From: Pelomyxa schiedti
Lineage: Eukaryota; Protista; Evosea
DNA length: 59,200 nucleotides
Assembly: GCA_020536535.1 (NCBI GenBank)
Contig: JAHLWZ010000389.1
Location: forward strand, 1-59,200
Direction of reading: 5' to 3'
Shown: positions 1 through 13,243 of the stretch, one piece after another
How the letters are laid out: each line of letters begins with the position of its first letter
How positions within the stretch are numbered: position 1 is the stretch's first letter
Program-made: the position numbers and the translations under genes
The notes under the pieces: generated by a model
Databases searched by the model: none
Told to the model about the DNA's origin: nothing
What the model saw: the letters and a program-made list of their open reading frames with translations, nothing else

Positions 1-723
1 TGTGAATAAATCCACAAAGAGAATAAAGCACTCCATTTTTCCATTGTGTTCCTGAATTTTTTCAGCCCACACAGCCACTTCATCACCACAGTTGCCTTGG
101 AATTGAGGGAACCTCAGGCCCAATAGGGTGTAGGTCTCACTGTCAATAGCAACGGGCTTCCTCTGCCAAAGACCAGCACCATTCTCTGCCATCCTCCACA
201 TCAGTAATTTGTATTTTGATGCAAGAACCAACCACTTGTGAGATCCACATAGTCCTGAAATCCCACGAATATTATCCACCCACCCAAGGCTCCTCACAAA
301 GTGGCCATTCCTATCCACAATAAACAGACAGTTCCTCCTCCTTATTTGCAGTGCTTCCCTCAGTGTCACCACCCACTTTCCTCCACCCAGATAGCACTCA
401 AACCGCCAGGGTCCTGGCCCAGCACAGTTGCACCAGTTGTGCCAAACAACTCCAAAGGTTTCCGACACCCCCACAAAAACATTCAGCGACTCTGATTTGG
501 GCACTGGAAGCTGTGCCTGTGGCTCGCTGACTTGCGAGACAATGAAAGAGAAGTTACTCGCCAATTCGTGTCGGCAGCGTACGACCCAAGACCTGCCAAA
601 CTCGGCAAGGAGCCGCACGTCGCGCGACCACACGCGAGCTGGACTTTTCGCTCCGCAGCGGCCCACAATAACCCCACACCCAAGTGCCACAAACTGTTTC
701 CGTGCGTCGATAAGAACTTCCAT
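1..723 (-). CDS. Intronless lineage-specific QFVAL-family protein, member A (3' end runs off the window)
   Basis: Not in the ORF track. I translated it by hand as open from ATG 723 to base 1: MEVLIDARKQFVALGCGVIVGRCGAKSPAR...VFVGVSETFGVV...GSHKWLVL. It shares these motifs with the ORFs at 16915-18222 and 25454-26842. Confidence 0.75.
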   Translation of the reverse strand, partial: MEVLIDARKQFVALGCGVIVGRCGAKSPARVWSRDVRLLAEFGRSWVVRCRHELASNFSFIVSQVSEPQAQLPVPKSESLNVFVGVSETFGVVWHNWCNCAGPGPWRFECYLGGGKWVVTLREALQIRRRNCLFIVDRNGHFVRSLGWVDNIRGISGLCGSHKWLVLASKYKLLMWRMAENGAGLWQRKPVAIDSETYTLLGLRFPQFQGNCGDEVAVWAEKIQEHNGKMECFILFVDLFT

Positions 724-957
724 TTGGCCCCAGTCCTCTGGTAGCTCTGTTAGTTTGTTTTTCGTGGAAGGGATTTGGTGTGGTGGTGATGTGCATAAAG
801 AAGTGGAAATCACGCTACACGAGAAAGAGGTGCGGAGGTGATGAATGTCGTGGTGGGTGGGAAAATTTTACAGGTTTTTTTATTGTTCAATAACTTTAGA
901 GACATGGTAACACACAGAAGGGCTTGTTGTTCTGTGGTATTTGTTTTGGTAGCATAC

Positions 958-3900
958 TCAGTGCTTGATACAATTCATGATGGCATCGATCCATGAAGTG
1001 GCATCCTCAAGTGTGTCGGTTTTAAAGAAACACTTCTTCTCAGTCCACACAAATTCAAACCCGTAGGGCGCATCGGGAAGACTGAACTGAGGGATGTGCG
1101 CAAGGCACGCAGAAATATCCAGTTGTTCCTTGGATATGTTAGTTTGAAGCCGGCGGGTTTTCGGGTGCTTACTTTGTCAAATTCGATGTGGTTTTCATAC
1201 AGGATCAAAGTAACTGTTTTCCATTTGTGTGAAGGTTTTTTGCACTGCAGAGTGTCTCTCTTAATTACCTTATAAATGCGGAATGGGTAAGATAGCTCCG
1301 GAACCAAAACCTGACCTTTGTTGAGCCCTTTGCCGCACTGGGAACAATAACGGCCGGGGGCGGTATTCCAACATACTTGGCAAAAATAAAGTCTTCCTTC
1401 TGTTTCCTGGGAAGGGGTTAGATGCCAAAGGGGAATTTGAATACGCACAATGGAGCAGAAGGAACGGGTTTCTTCATGTTTGCAAGAACTTTTGGTTCTA
1501 ATGCAGTGTTTATTTTCAAATTTCCCTTGTCTATCAGAGTCTGTTTAGAAATGTTTATATACAGCATTAGAGTAACGGTTACCTGAAGAACTTGGGGAGG
1601 TTGTTGCGCCACAAATCTCATTGAAATAGTTTTTGACATTCCATTGGGAAGCTTCTGGTGAACTTGGCAGCATTGCTCACACAAAACAACACCTGTAGTG
1701 TTTAGATGGGGGAGTGCAAGGGGAATTTACCAAGTGTCATGGAAAAGAAAGACACTTCAGTGAAGCCACAGTCCGCGCAAATCTGAAATGGCATCAGACA
1801 AGAGGGCTCAGTTCCAAACATACTTGGTTTTCTGGCTTTGAAAGTGCTTGCATAAGTGGGGAGGGATCAGCAGTAACTGGGGCTGGTGGTACTTCTGTAA
1901 CACATTGGGGTGCTACCTGGGCAAAAGAAAATGAATACAACAAGCTAGCGAAATAAGCACACATTTTCAGATGCCATCCTTTGTATCACTGATCTTATAT
2001 TATTTATCTACACAATGTTAGGTTTCATTTATGGTGGATAATTCGCACCCATTCATACATCTTAGTGAGATCATTGGCTGCCCACAAATGAATCCGGTTT
2101 TCTTCTTTCAACTGACATGATTTTAATTTCCTTTATAACGTCTCCAAATTACCTGGAAAACGAATGGGATATCATTCACTTGTTGAACCTGCACAGAAGC
2201 ATTCTTCAGTGGAATAAATTTCTTCTCTTCACTCTTGAGGGCAATTAGCAACCTTAGAGATCAAAGCAATGAACCTTTGAGGTACCGTGATAGACCACCA
2301 AGCCATTACAAGTTAGCACCACCAACTTTTCAACCCATGTCTTGTGTGACTGGTGCTTTAAAAGGCCTTCAAATTGGCTTGGTTCTCTGGTTGCCAATCC
2401 GGAAGTATTTTCTGAAGGCAGAAGGACTGGGGAGGTGGATTTGGGAGTAGTGTCAGGTAGTGATGCTGAAGTTTGATTGATTACAGTTGATTCTGTAGTA
2501 GAACCAGGAGACTGCTTAGCAAGTGCCACGATATCTGAAAGAGATAAGAACTGAATGATAACCTTCAATATGCCTCACGGGACAATTCAATCTTCAAGAT
2601 AGAGGCAATGCATTCATCAATTTCACTCATCCAAGCTATCTTCTCTTCTATGTCCGACGCTCCAAGTATGGCTACTACTGATCTAAAAGAGAAGGTTAGA
2701 TATACTATTTTGCTTCTGACAGTGAGAACTTGGAGGCATTTTTGACACAAAACCAGGAAGTAGTTGGGCAATCAGGTACCGACAGCTCCAAGTTATCAAC
2801 AAAGCAGCCACTTAGCGAGAAGTAACTCTCGCATTTATACTTAGGCTGTACCAGTGCAGCAGGTGTTGTTGTTGCCAGTGATAGTACTTTTTACAATCAT
2901 GAGCCTGGAATATATGGATTTTTGAAGCGTACAGGAATCGAGGTTCATAACACTAAATCTCTTGAAGGGGTTACTGGACAGAGATTTGACATTAAGAAGG
3001 CGGGTAATCATCAACATGTCATTAAATAAAAATATGTATCTCGATTGGGCCTGAAGAGATTAAGGTACTCAAAGTATGACAAATATGAGGAAACCCTGTT
3101 CTCAGCTAGTTCCACTAGTCTTGATTGCCGTATTATTTTTCTATTTCGTTTGGAGAGTTCCTATTGGGTGTTTCCAGCGAGGACAATGAACGTGGAAGAT
3201 CAAACCTGTTCAGGCCAACAAGTGACCATATTTTGGATGGTGAGAACTTCGTTCATGTTTTCTACATCTCTTTTTGTCTCATTGATGTGTGTGGCGGTAC
3301 CGCGCATTGATTCAAGAGCGGTAGCGAGGTTTTTGTTGTCAGGGTGATTTTCACTCGTGCTATTCATCAGATCCTACTATGCATCAATCAGGGAAAAACC
3401 GGGGAAGGGAAAGACAGACTGTTATCAGGAGAACATCTGTGAAGAATTTGTGAGTCACTGACACATTCAATGAAGAAAGTACATACAACGTGGAATTCTT
3501 TGCACAGGGGTAATCAAAAAACTGTTCAGATCTTTTTCGTGTTAAAAAGTGGCAAGAAAGTACAAAATGCGAACCCAGATTCTTGCATTTTGGGTTGGAT
3601 TGGGCTTTCTATCTTGGGTGAGGAGTAGCTTCCACGAAACAGGAACGTACCTCTATAGCATAAACGAACTCTTTACTTTTTTCCATCCACTTATTGATGG
3701 TATGAAAGCAAGACTCATATCGTCTGGCGTAGTTGCTGTATACTTTCAAAAAGGGTGTCTTTGTATAATTAGCGTATGTCTCGATTCAGAAGCAAATTAC
3801 AAGTTTGGCAAATATATCTCCCATTTTGGGATTTGTGTTCCATATACTCATCCTATCAGTGAGTTGCTTTAGAAGAACTTTGGATATATTTGAAATGGCC

Positions 3901-6574
3901 TAATGAAACGTGTTACATTTGGAAAGAAAATGCGCCTTTACGCACTGCAATGTCATTAAATAGGTTAATGAAATCTTTTTCGTTAGAAGATGCCTTCAAC
4001 AAAGGCTCTTTGAATACCTTGAAGGAATAATTAGGTGTTTGCACTGATGAAAAATGGGTTACCTCAACTAACACCTGCAGCATAAGTACATATTCACCTT
4101 CAGTGGAAGCAAGTTCCTTGGCGATTTCCTTTCGTCTTTTGATACTTCTGAGGTCCATATCTGCACAAGCATGTAAGTGATACTTAAGTTTGGCAACAAA
4201 CAGACGTTTGGCATGCAACTCTTTTCTTGCCATACGTCCTCTAAAATTGGCCTGTCCTCGGATAAGGATTCTCAAATTTTTTTCCGAGCGGAAGTGTTTG
4301 TCTTTAAGGAGTTATTGTAAGAATACTAGTTGCACCATACTCAGTTCCTTGAACCGGAATCCTATGAAGAGTAAGACCATTAAAATTAATGACTGGGTGT
4401 TTACTTAAGGTGAACAGTGTCCAAACGAGTTTACATCTGACCATTCCTTGAACAATTTTGACAGCACTATTCATGTCTTTTCCCGCCATCACATCATTCT
4501 CTCCAAGTACAGTATCCGAATTTCCTCTTTTCCTCTTTGTTGTGAGAGAAAGAGAATCACTGGCACTCAGCTGTTGGTCAAGAAATGGTTCAGACTTCTG
4601 CCTATGTTCAAGACTCTTGTCACCAAGTTCTAAAGAGTGTCTCCGGTGTCGACGAGCACTTTTTTGTGTATGGGTGACTGTTTCCTGTTCGCTTGCAGAG
4701 ACAGGTTCCTCTGCAGATTGCTTCTGCGGTTCTGAGCTTGTTTTGAGGTCATTTGGAAGCTGCTGTGGTTCTGGATTTGACTCTGCTAGTGCAGGTGCTG
4801 GAGACACTTTCTCAAATACTTCTGTTTTCCTATCAGTTGGTACTGTAGCTACCCCTTTAGTGTCTTTATCCCCAGGAGTTTCTGTTTCCTTTGGCCGTGC
4901 CTCACTACCAGAATCGGGCTGCAACGCAATGGCGCAAGAATTTTCTGGTTCTTTGACGGGTTCTTCAGCTTTGACAGGTTCAGTGGCTTTTGGGAGTTCT
5001 TGAGTTTTCATAGGTTCCTCAGCTGTGGAAGGAGATTTAATCACTTCGGATGCATGAGACCCTTCAGGAAGTGCCGCTGAAACAGGTGCTGTGCAAGAGG
5101 TGGTAGAATCTGGTGTAGGTGCAGATCCCTCTACCAGAAGAGTGGAAATTGTTGGAGTTGACTCTTCTTTGGTCTGTGGAAAAATAGAGTCTGATAACGA
5201 GGTAGGAAGTGGTTTTTCTGCTATGGAAAGTAAGTTATCTTGGGTTTTTGAAGGGGGGATTTCACTTTCTATTGTTGAGTGCGGAACTGATTCCGCTACT
5301 GTTGGTGAGATTGTGGAGTATTGACTGGGCAGAGGAATAGCAGAGTCTTTACTAGGCAGAGGAAGTGTGGGACCTGGTGTCGGAGGAGGGGGTTCTGGTG
5401 CCTTTGACGTGGGTTTGAAGTCTACAACAGGACTATCAGTGGAGTGGCCCAGAGATACTGGGGCCTCTGCTGCAGTTGCCGGAGTTCGTGGTAGTGATGT
5501 CGGTTGTGTTGTGCCCTTGTCATTTTGCTTAATAACTCGAGTACTGGAGTCTGCACTGCTCTCAGGTTGGGTGTGTTTCTGTTGTAGTTGTAATTTCTGC
5601 TCGTATGACTTTGTTGCTAGTAAAACGGGCCGTGTTGCAACCTGTAAGGTGCCGGGAAATTGGTGTGCTTCAGAGAGAGAATTTCCGCGTCGGTGAAATG
5701 AACCCCCTGAAACCCTAAGGGGACGGCTAGTTGGTGCCGCTGCACGATCCACAGGCTTTGATGTTGCAGGTCTTGGTGTTGGCCGAGTAGGAATAGTTGT
5801 GGGCTGTGGTGCTGTACTGTTCGTTGGAGTTACAGTACCTGATTCTAGGAGTGAAGCAAATTCGGTGCTCGAGGGGGTGGATGTAGGGGGTGGAGAGGTT
5901 GGGCGAGAGGGCACAGAAGTCGTTGAGGCATTTTCGTGGATGTGAGTTGGTTGGGTGTGTGTGGTTTTAGTAGGTTGAGGAGCCTCCGATCCATACCCAA
6001 GCTTTTGCATCATGAAGAATACAAGCCCGGTTATTTGTTTCAGGTTCCCAGTTTCAATGTCTTTTTTCAACTCTTAGACAAGACTATAAACCTCAACTGG
6101 TGTACCATGTGCAGAACTGCCAACTACTTCGGTCTTTACAGCCTTCTTAATTGCATTCAGAGCAACTGTTATGTTATCTAGTCTCTGTATCCGTGCCTTT
6201 GGCCTCTTGCAATAATTTCCCACCTGTTCCAATACCGCGAAAAGTGAGTATACTCGCTGTTTTCACATAAAAAAAGTGTGGTAGGCTCCCTACCGGTCTC
6301 CCAGTGAGGATTTCTACGAGGTTTATCAGCACTATTCCGTCACGTAGGTCAGCAGCCAAGTCATTGACCCGCATCCCCCTCTTCCCAAGGTGATGATTCA
6401 CCCAGTTGTAGTATTGCTATTTTTGTTTGTTTGAAACACACAATATGAGACCCAAACCAAACAAAACAGCAAAAACTAAAACCACAAAGAGGAACAGAAC
6501 AAACAAACGGAAAGAACGGACGAACGAACCTCGCAATGCCATTCGTCCCACCCGATGGCCGCGCTCCCTGACAT
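958..6574 (-). CDS. Multi-exon CH-IQ-RhoGEF(DH)-PH-PH-ArfGAP-PH protein, GxcDD-like
   Basis: CH domain: WVNHHL...DLRDGIVLINLVEILTG. Long P/S/T-rich linker (4304-6070). IQ-like GQANFRGRMARK. DH domain: RRKEIAKELASTEGEY and ITPVQRIPR. PH: FEGLLKHQSHKTWVEKLVVL. ArfGAP: PENQ|ICADCG, CEQCCQVHQKL and KEDFIFAKYV. Terminal PH ...WIDAIMNCIKH*. The architecture matches Dictyostelium GxcDD from recall. Confidence 0.85.
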
Positions 6575-7010
6575 CTGATCTACCGATGTGGGATTTATTT
6601 ATGAATAAATGATGTGTGCCACGGTGGTAGGTATGTCCCCGGCAATTTGTTTTGTTTTTTCGTTTTGGTGTCCTTCTGGTAATTGCCCTGATTGAGCTAA
6701 AACCGTCCTGCCAGAGTCGGTACAACTCTATCGACTGAGAGATCTATCAACACTCAGGTATCGTTCAAGTGCTCACGCCCCGCAAGGCCCCGGAGCTCTT
6801 AGGTTCCCATACGGTTCATATGTATGATAGGCGAAAGGGGAAAGGAGACAACGCGCAATTAATTAGTTCTGCTGTTTTATGAAATGCCTCGCACATCCCA
6901 TTACGGAAGAACCATAGAATTACCCCATGAGCGAGGTCGGCGAAGGCATGGCCGAAACGCAAAAGAAGCGCGCGGATCGACGCCACACAGCCCATCCTCA
7001 TCAATGACGA

Positions 7011-7038
7011 CAACAACAACAACAACAACAACAACAAC
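7011..7038. repeat. (CAA)n microsatellite
   Basis: Perfect caa run of about 9 units just upstream of the zinc-knuckle gene. Confidence 0.9.
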
Positions 7039-7083
7039 CTCAGTACGCGCTGCCATGACCCCAGGCTCCTAAAGATCGCGGAT

Positions 7084-7941
7084 ATGAAGCTGGAGCCGAA
7101 GTCTAATGTAAAGCACGAGGAGGTTGGCGAAAGAAGCGAGGGCGGCGGCGAAGAGGACGCAAGCAGTAAGGTTGCCGCCGAGGTGCCAAGTGCGCCGCCG
7201 CGGCCACGCGTGATTGGAGAACATGAACTTGCGGTGGGAGAAAAAGAGAGTGTCACAGATGTAGACGTAGACCGCGGGCCTCGTCGTCACCACGTCGGAG
7301 ATGGACCTTGTCATGTAAACGCCTCCCATTTGTGTGAATTGCACGTTGTGTGTAGACACTTGCAATACAAAACCGCAGACCATTTCAGAGAAAGTGAGTG
7401 TGGTTCCAATGCGAAGTTTCTAGACCGCTCTCAAAAAGTCTTCACTCAGAGGATAGCGACTGCACTACAATTCCGGAGTCTTGTTTCTTGCTTCCGCTGT
7501 GGATACACCGGCCATAAAGCCAGGGAATGCTTAAATTATGTTCCAGTCAGGCCCACTGCTGTGAAGACTTGCTTTGCTTGTGGGTTGCCTGGACACTTTG
7601 CCGCTCTTTGTCCCTATACTTCACGTGAACCTGTCAGCTCTGGATTACTTGCAACTTCTTGCTTTGTCTGCAACAAGGTCGGCCATTACGCAAGGTATTG
7701 TCCCGACCGGGCTCCACCCATCTGCAGACTGTGTTCCAAGGTATCCAAACCATCCGCTCTTCCGGAAGTTCTTACTCCTTTTTTTCAGGTTGGACACTTG
7801 GCCTCCTCTTGCACCACTTCTTCTACATTCAATACCACAGAGTTATGCTTTCTATGCTCTCGCCCTGGCCATGTAGCACGGGAGTGCTCTGTGTACCGTA
7901 CAATTGTTGCACCCAAGCCTCCGGCCCAACACAACACATAG
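7084..7941 (+). CDS. CCHC zinc-knuckle nucleic-acid-binding protein (CNBP/GIS2/AIR-like)
   Basis: Five CX2CX4HX4C knuckles: CFRCGYTGHKAREC, CFACGLPGHFAALC, CFVCNKVGHYARYC, CRLCSK|VGHLASSC and CFLCSRPGHVAREC. The fourth is restored by removing a 48-nt GT-AG intron at 7741-7788. Confidence 0.85.
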   Translation: MKLEPKSNVKHEEVGERSEGGGEEDASSKVAAEVPSAPPRPRVIGEHELAVGEKESVTDVDVDRGPRRHHVGDGPCHVNASHLCELHVVCRHLQYKTADHFRESECGSNAKFLDRSQKVFTQRIATALQFRSLVSCFRCGYTGHKARECLNYVPVRPTAVKTCFACGLPGHFAALCPYTSREPVSSGLLATSCFVCNKVGHYARYCPDRAPPICRLCSKVSKPSALPEVLTPFFQVGHLASSCTTSSTFNTTELCFLCSRPGHVARECSVYRTIVAPKPPAQHNT

Positions 7942-8143
7942 AGGAACAACAAATAACAGATTCATCTCACTCCGCCTTCCTTTACAGGAAGCTGATGTTG
8001 AATCGGTGGCATTCCATCAATCTCAAAAAGAACGAACCGGCGTTCCCACACAAGCCAAACTATTCCTGTTGTTGAAACAGCAACACACACACGCAGCAAC
8101 ACACACTCAGCACACACACACAGGCACACGTAATCATCTCAAC

Positions 8144-8843
8144 ATGTACCAACAAAGGCCAGGAGCAGAGGCGTATGACTGGCTTGGCTACGATCCCCTG
8201 GGGTCCCTGGGCCCCAAGGCGGAGGACTATGGGCCGTCGACTGCGGACGCGCCGCCACAGCCACTCCACCCGGCCGACATGGTCGCCGCGTGTGCCGCGA
8301 AGAAGCGGGCCCTGGCTGCCTACACGAGGGCGCCAACAAAGTGTGCCCACTGTCCCGCTATGATCATCCCCAACGACGTGGCAGAGCTAAGGAACGGGTA
8401 CACACTTCAGTGCACAGTCCAACTTAATTTGTATAAATAAGGCACCCCAGAACTATATCTAGGAAATGAAGTGGTTGTCAGTACTGTACTTGATAATTAA
8501 TGTCTATTTACAGTTGTAACTTGATTCATTTTCCTGACTGCGTTTTTTTTTTTTACTTTGTAGGAACCTTGTGAGATTCTGCCGTGGACGAGGGGGATGC
8601 AACCAATCCGAAGTTATATTTGTAATGCCGCCAAAGACAGTTGCCAGGTGGGGAAAGATCAAGTGCATGTTCGTGTCGAGCAGCCACCGTCCCACAATGT
8701 GTGCAAGGTGTGGGGAGAACCTGGCATGTCATGGGGAATGCAAGGATCCAAACGGGTGGGTCATCCAAGGTGAGACTGAAGTCCCACTGCCTCATGATTG
8801 GCCCACTTGGGGAATCGTAGTGCCCACTGGATCCCACTTCTAG
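8144..8843 (+). CDS. Small Cys-rich hypothetical protein (multi-exon)
   Basis: GC-rich first exon MYQQRPGAEAYDWLG...CAHCPAM, then a last exon RFCRGRGGC...CARCGENLACHGEC. No family recognised. Confidence 0.5.
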
Positions 8844-8952
8844 TTGTAGTTTGGCTTTGTCAACATGCAATTGTGAAATTAAAGTTTTGATATTGGAGTG
8901 CCTATGAATGTTGATTCTTTCAAACTATCTAGCACTCACTCATCTTCTGCAT

Positions 8953-9027
8953 CCCTTCGAATTGCGGCAGTTCGAAGGGAACTGCCGCAAGCAGTTATTC
9001 CATTTTAGCGGTTATTCCATTTTAGCG
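8953..9027. repeat. Overlapping inverted repeats followed by a 17-bp direct tandem repeat
   Basis: Stem ttgcggcagttc (8962-8973) / gaactgccgcaa (8979-8990). Alternative stem cccttcgaa (8953-8961) / ttcgaaggg (8971-8979). Then gttattccattttagcg x2 (8994-9027). Confidence 0.8.
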
Positions 9028-9301
9028 TAAAAACCAAAATCATGGTACCGCAACGTACTACGAGGCGCAACCAAAACAACGACTCGCCCTCCATTTTTTT
9101 TAAATGTATGTGCAGTTGGAGGAGCAATTGGGGGAACCGCCGCCAATTGAACCATTTGGGGGCCTGACGGCCGATTGTGACACATTGATTGAGCTGGTGT
9201 ATCGCTCATCGACCAGTGTGCCAGCATTTTTTGTTACCTTTTTTCTTTATGTAAGAGGAAAACCAATTGAAAGCTAGGGGCAAGGTTATTTCCTGGTGGA
9301 T

Positions 9302-10977
9302 ATGGATTCAATTCAGAAGATTATGTTACAACTTTCATCTTTACATTGCATTTGTTTAGCACTCCTATTTTCGTACTCCGAACTCTGCTATCTGTGTTTG
9401 TTTTTCTCCTTTTTTTTATCATTCACTAATAAGAATAGGTTCAACAAGAATGAAAAGGAGATAGGCTGTGACTTGGGTACCAAGGCGAATCTGCTGAGGG
9501 AAGAGCAATCCAGGTTGGTTTGAACATTTTTTTAATATAAACGAAGTAAACTGTGTCGCTAACACAATCCAGAATTTTATTTCTTTTGGAAAAATGGATC
9601 GAACTGGTACCTGAAGACTTTGTAACCGGTAAAATAAGATAATAATAGAAGCAGCTCTGGAAATTAATTTGCACAAGCCGAAACTGAGGAAAAGCTTTTG
9701 ACTTGGCGAGATACTTGGACAACTGTATTTTTCTCTTTTCACCCAAGAGGAACGCCTTCAAGTGTCGTCTCAGTTCTCCCTCTGGAATTTTTATCTTCAG
9801 TTGCACATTATACCAAATCTGCTCTCTACATAGAGACGAGTGCCCTCTATTCTGAATTGAAGTCATTTGCACAGCATCCTTCCACACATCCAGGATGGAG
9901 CCACTTCCATTCTCAATATTCTCTGCGGTAGGTATGTGTGCAGTTTCCTACCAGCTCCCCACATTCGTAAAATTAACTTCTTCCAAAGGTTTTCTCTTCG
10001 GAACAGTACTAAAAGAAATTATGCCTACGGTGAAACTATGAGCAAAAACCTGGCTAATATTCATTTGCAACAGTTCCAAGCATTGCCACTCCGGGATCTT
10101 TGGAATTCAACTATTACCCCGTTTCATGCAGCAAACTGCATTGACACGTATAACGAAGTACGCTCTCAATAATTATAATCAACATATTAGCTTTACAAGG
10201 TGTTTGAAGGGGTTTCAATTGCAATACTATCTCGTACAGTTTTGGATCATAGAGTAGGCAAAGTAGTTGACTTCATCAACTTGTCCTTTGAACTGTGCCA
10301 GATGCAAGATTTCGAAGGTGCTTCCTGTTTGTGCGAATCCTTGAAGTCATTTCCCATTCAACGCCTGAAAGATACATGGCGCAAAGTATTATCCTTTATT
10401 TAATGCGTGTTTGTAATTTGATACAGATACCAAAGGAGATTCGAGACAAATGGTACTGGGTCTTGGACACACTAAGAAGTTCGGACTTTTTCCGTAGCTC
10501 CGCTTTGCTAAAGTCTCCCCCACTAGTCCCGAATCTAAGTTAATTCCCACTCTTTTCTACGTTTCCGCTATATTAATTTTTGTCTGTTTCCTTCCGCTCA
10601 AATTCACCACAGAGCAGATAATTGAAACTCTGTCATACCACTGTGTACCATCTAATGGTCCCGGGTTCAATTTTTCATACTACGTGGAACCCTCCCGCGA
10701 CTTCCAACGCCTCAGCACGCTCCGCTCACAACTCCCACAATCACATCCACGCACCTACGAACTTCCGGCACCACACGAACCTATTCTGGCTTCCTCAATG
10801 CCGGAGCTTCAGATTATACTCAACCAGTGCCTTTTATCGACTACTAATACCACCAAAGAATGCAGTACCTGTGGGTCAACTACACACCAGGATCACACGA
10901 GAAAAACAGAGTGGGAGTTATACCAGGCCTCTCTGTTGTGTGAACCCAAAGAACCGTACCCTGATGAGGCAATTTGA
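9302..10977 (+). CDS. Divergent RasGEF (CDC25-domain) protein, multi-exon; 5' end uncertain
   Basis: VGKVVDFINLSFELCQMQDFEGASCLCESLKSFPIQRLKDTWRK, PPLVPNL and a terminal WELYQASLLCEPKE match CDC25 catalytic-domain motifs. Confidence 0.75.
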
Positions 10978-11308
10978 ACTCCAATGCGGTACTCTGAGGA
11001 GATCTGTTAGTTAGCCTAACAGATTCGAGCTAACGCAGTTGCGCAAAGTGATGCAATTTTTTTTCTTTCGTTCCTTGATGATTTAATGCCCGGGCGTTCA
11101 TTTTTCTTTTTTTTCAGCACTCGCAAAGATCTTAGCATCACAAAAACCTGGTACGCACGGTGTAACCAACAACGCCGTCTTTATCGCAACACGACATTAT
11201 GCACTAACACGTCCATGCCGCAACTAAAGCGATCGCTTTTTTTTTTTACGCCTACCATCGCTCTCTTGTTGTTATCGTTTCTCACTCCCTCTCTTTGTAG
11301 TTTTTTGA

Positions 11309-13098
<1,790 letters not shown>

Positions 13099-13243
13099 AC
13101 AACAAACTACTACTCCACAGTCTCTCCTGTGTGCTGTTACCCAACTGCGTGCATAAAAAAAATTCTCTGTCCATCAATAAAACAAAGGGTTTTTGTTCTT
13201 CAATTTTCCAGCGTTTCTGTGTTCCCTAAACAAAAACCTTCCT

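Noticed and set aside
7084-7941. CCHC knuckles as a retrotransposon or retroviral Gag
   Set aside because: No protease, RT, RNase H or integrase nearby and no LTRs. Five knuckles and a spliceosomal intron fit a cellular CNBP/AIR-like gene.
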